This document shows positions 61,701 to 64,000 of a stretch of DNA of 64,000 nucleotides, in pieces. Within the stretch, counting starts at the first letter, position 1. Each line of letters starts with the position of its first letter. Under the pieces are notes generated by a model. That model was not told the origin of the DNA. It did no database searches and worked only from the letters and a program-made list of their open reading frames with translations. Location of the stretch: assembly GCF_018977255.1 (NCBI RefSeq), contig NW_024704743.1, positions 35,652,001 to 35,716,000 on the forward strand, read 5' to 3'. A program made the position numbers and the translations under genes. The DNA is from Callorhinchus milii (lineage: Eukaryota).

Positions 61701-63519
61701 CAGAAAAAAAAGAAGAAAATGACCACGAATGAAGAAATAAATTGATTGTAGCAACTGCAGAGCACCACCTTGTGCAGACTAATGGCAGTAACAGTGACTC
61801 CTTTTTGACCTGTCCTGTGCCCCTATTACTTGGTACAGCCTTTTTTTAAAAAAAAACACATTTTAATGGCTCGGTTCTTCATAAGGTGCAGCAGATTGTT
61901 AGTAGGTTAGTCTAGACTAAGGTGTGATCATGGTCAGTATAAATGTTAGTAATGGAGGAGCAGGTTAATTCCTTTCCTGCTCTCTGCATGCAAAGCTCGA
62001 CTCAGGTTTGTATGGCCAAGGTTAGCCAAGCGTGATCAGCAGGATCGTTTTTAGAAAGAGAAAAGAACATTGAAATAGATCGCAAACTGATTGAAATGAA
62101 TTAACAGGGCTCTTGTTTTTCATTGCAAGACACCCATAGGTCATATGTTTCTCACAAACAGAACTCGGCAATGGGCTCAGAAAATAAATCGAGACTTGAC
62201 AGGCCAGTGCCACATCAGCTCAGCTGTGCACAAGCACAAGTTATGAATAAATTCTGCCACGGATAGCGAAACACCCTGGGAGAATCTGTTTTCAAAAGAA
62301 TAAGACTTGAGAATAAGAATATTCAATAAGAATAAGAATATTCAAAAGAATAAGACAAAAGTATTGAGGTTAGAAACAGCAGTCCCGACACTGAATTGAT
62401 TTGTGCACCCCTACTTGGAAAATGGGATCATAAAAATTGCTATAGAGGCAGAGAGGCCATGTGTTTTTTTCTAATATTTATAACCAGATTGACAAACAGA
62501 GTGTTCTTCTTTCCTGTGTGCAGGAATTCTTAAAATGCAGCAGGTTGTGAGTACTGTAGGCAGCATGGGTTCCTGATCAGTACTATATAAAAGTTAGCAA
62601 TGTCTTCTCTGGGGTCTTTGTGCTTTAGTACCACGAACTGTGAAATGATAGCAGCAGAGCAATGGAGAAGTAGGCCAGTGCGCTCCAGCACCTCGGCTGA
62701 CAGTGAAAAGCAGAAGTTGTCAACAGTGCAGGTGTTTTTATCGTACACTTTTTTTCTTCTACCCCCACTCCCCAGACCCCCATCCCCCCTTCACCTCACC
62801 ACCACCCACTTTTAACAAAGTGAGCAACTGTATAAAATACAAGATGCAGCATTGTTACAGATCACTATGCGAAAGACAGATAAGACTAAGCAAGCAAACA
62901 GGTTAGGCCAGGGCAGCACATGAGGCCAGGCCGGCTGTATTCCTGAAGGGTTTGAATTTCTTTCACTACTGAATTTGCTTTCTTTGTGGAGGGTGGGGCC
63001 TGTCCTTTTAGCAACTTGCGTTTGATTTTTGCTTCCCTCCTTCAGTTTTAATGATCTTAATTCTGAAGCTGACAATGTACACCTCACCACAAAACACCTC
63101 CCTCCTCCCCGACCCCCACCATGGTGATTTCTGTGTTGAAGCACCCGCCTTCTTGTCGACACTTGCCTGTGCCTGTCCAGGAGTATAATTCAGCCCAGCA
63201 ACATTCTTTATTGTACAGTACATTTAATGCCCTCTATGGGGCTTTGAACAGAAATGAATGGAAAAACATGAACAGCGAAAAAAAAACCTGCAGCAGCACT
63301 GAAGAGCACAGAGTACAGCTGTACTGCGCTTTTACACGTATTTGAATCGCTAAACCACTTTTTGGTATTTTTGTAGTTGACTTTGTCATACTTCACAGAA
63401 CGAGTTGAAAGTGAGTCAGCCTTGAATTTCTGTTGCTGCTCTTCCTCTTCAGCTGCTAGACATAACCGTGTATTTTTAGGCCATTCAAATGAGGATTTTG
63501 TTTGGTGAAATATTGGAAG

Positions 63520-63985
63520 GGGAACCTCAGCTAGCCAGGGGTAAACGCACCTTTACGGGCTGGTACTGAGCTGTGTGAATTAGGAAGGGCCCACCTTGAT
63601 CCCCAGGAGTTAGAGCTAGTCTCAGCCAGGGATAGAGAGGGGGGAATGAACTGTGGTTGCCACTCTTTTCAGATGAATAGTCTCAGTTTGGCACAGCGCC
63701 TTTCATGTCAGGAGGACATTGTAAAGCGCTTCACAGGATTTACTATAAAATCTAGTGACTGTGCATTTTTGTAAGCGAACACATACAAAAATGTGCAGTT
63801 TGTTTGTTGGGTGAGAACATGGTTCCAGCTCAGCCTAGATTTGCCCCCCCCCCCTCCCCCCAGGGCATCCATCATCTATCTAGCTCACTGCTGAGGTTCA
63901 CACATAAAGAATGATCACTTGGGTGAGACAGTGGAGGGCCACTAGCTCTTTCAGGATTTAAACAGCAAGGGAGAAAAATGAAAGG
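63520..63985 (+). mobile_element. Family F repeat with a nested SINE tail (~63690-63790, -)
   Basis: gctagtctcagccaggg; ctcactg.ctgaggttcacacat.aagaatg..cacttgggtgag; nested gcgcctttcatgtcaggaggacat...gcgcttcacagga. Confidence 0.55.
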
Positions 63986-64000
63986 CTGGAAGTTTGAATG

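Larger units (their letters stand above)
34046..64000 (+). other. Probable long intron following the first coding exon (continues past the window unless exon 2 was missed)
   Basis: GTAAGT donor; no credible phase-1 coding exon found by eye downstream. Confidence 0.55.

Overview
This is vertebrate genomic DNA, not prokaryotic. The repeat landscape (abundant L2 and CR1 LINE 3' ends, Deu/SacSINE1-like SINEs, a Tx1 LINE) suggests a cartilaginous fish, possibly a holocephalan; that assignment is inference. Positions ~1-31.6 kb are transposon-dense intergenic DNA. Positions ~31.7-38.2 kb are a transposon-free, CpG- and microsatellite-rich promoter region. It contains the only host coding sequence I can support: a 40-nt first coding exon (34006-34045, +) encoding MSRRKQPNPNKVK, the N-terminal NuRD-recruiting motif of C2H2 zinc-finger regulators (FOG/ZFPM, SALL, BCL11, ZNF423/521, ZNF821-like), followed by a GTAAGT donor. 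The rest (to 64 kb) appears to be its intron, and I could not identify exon 2. Nearly all listed ORFs are retroelement remnants or low-complexity artefacts. I found no CRISPR array, rRNA or convincing tRNA gene, and nothing I can claim as a proven new system. The most unusual observations are: the atypical NuRD-motif exon; a Tx1 copy whose poly(A) tail lies upstream of its ORF2 start; a 479-bp unit bounded by perfect 59-bp inverted repeats with nested hairpins; further TIR-bounded elements; and a degenerate 23-bp tandem array upstream of the promoter. Repeat boundaries were set by eye and are approximate.
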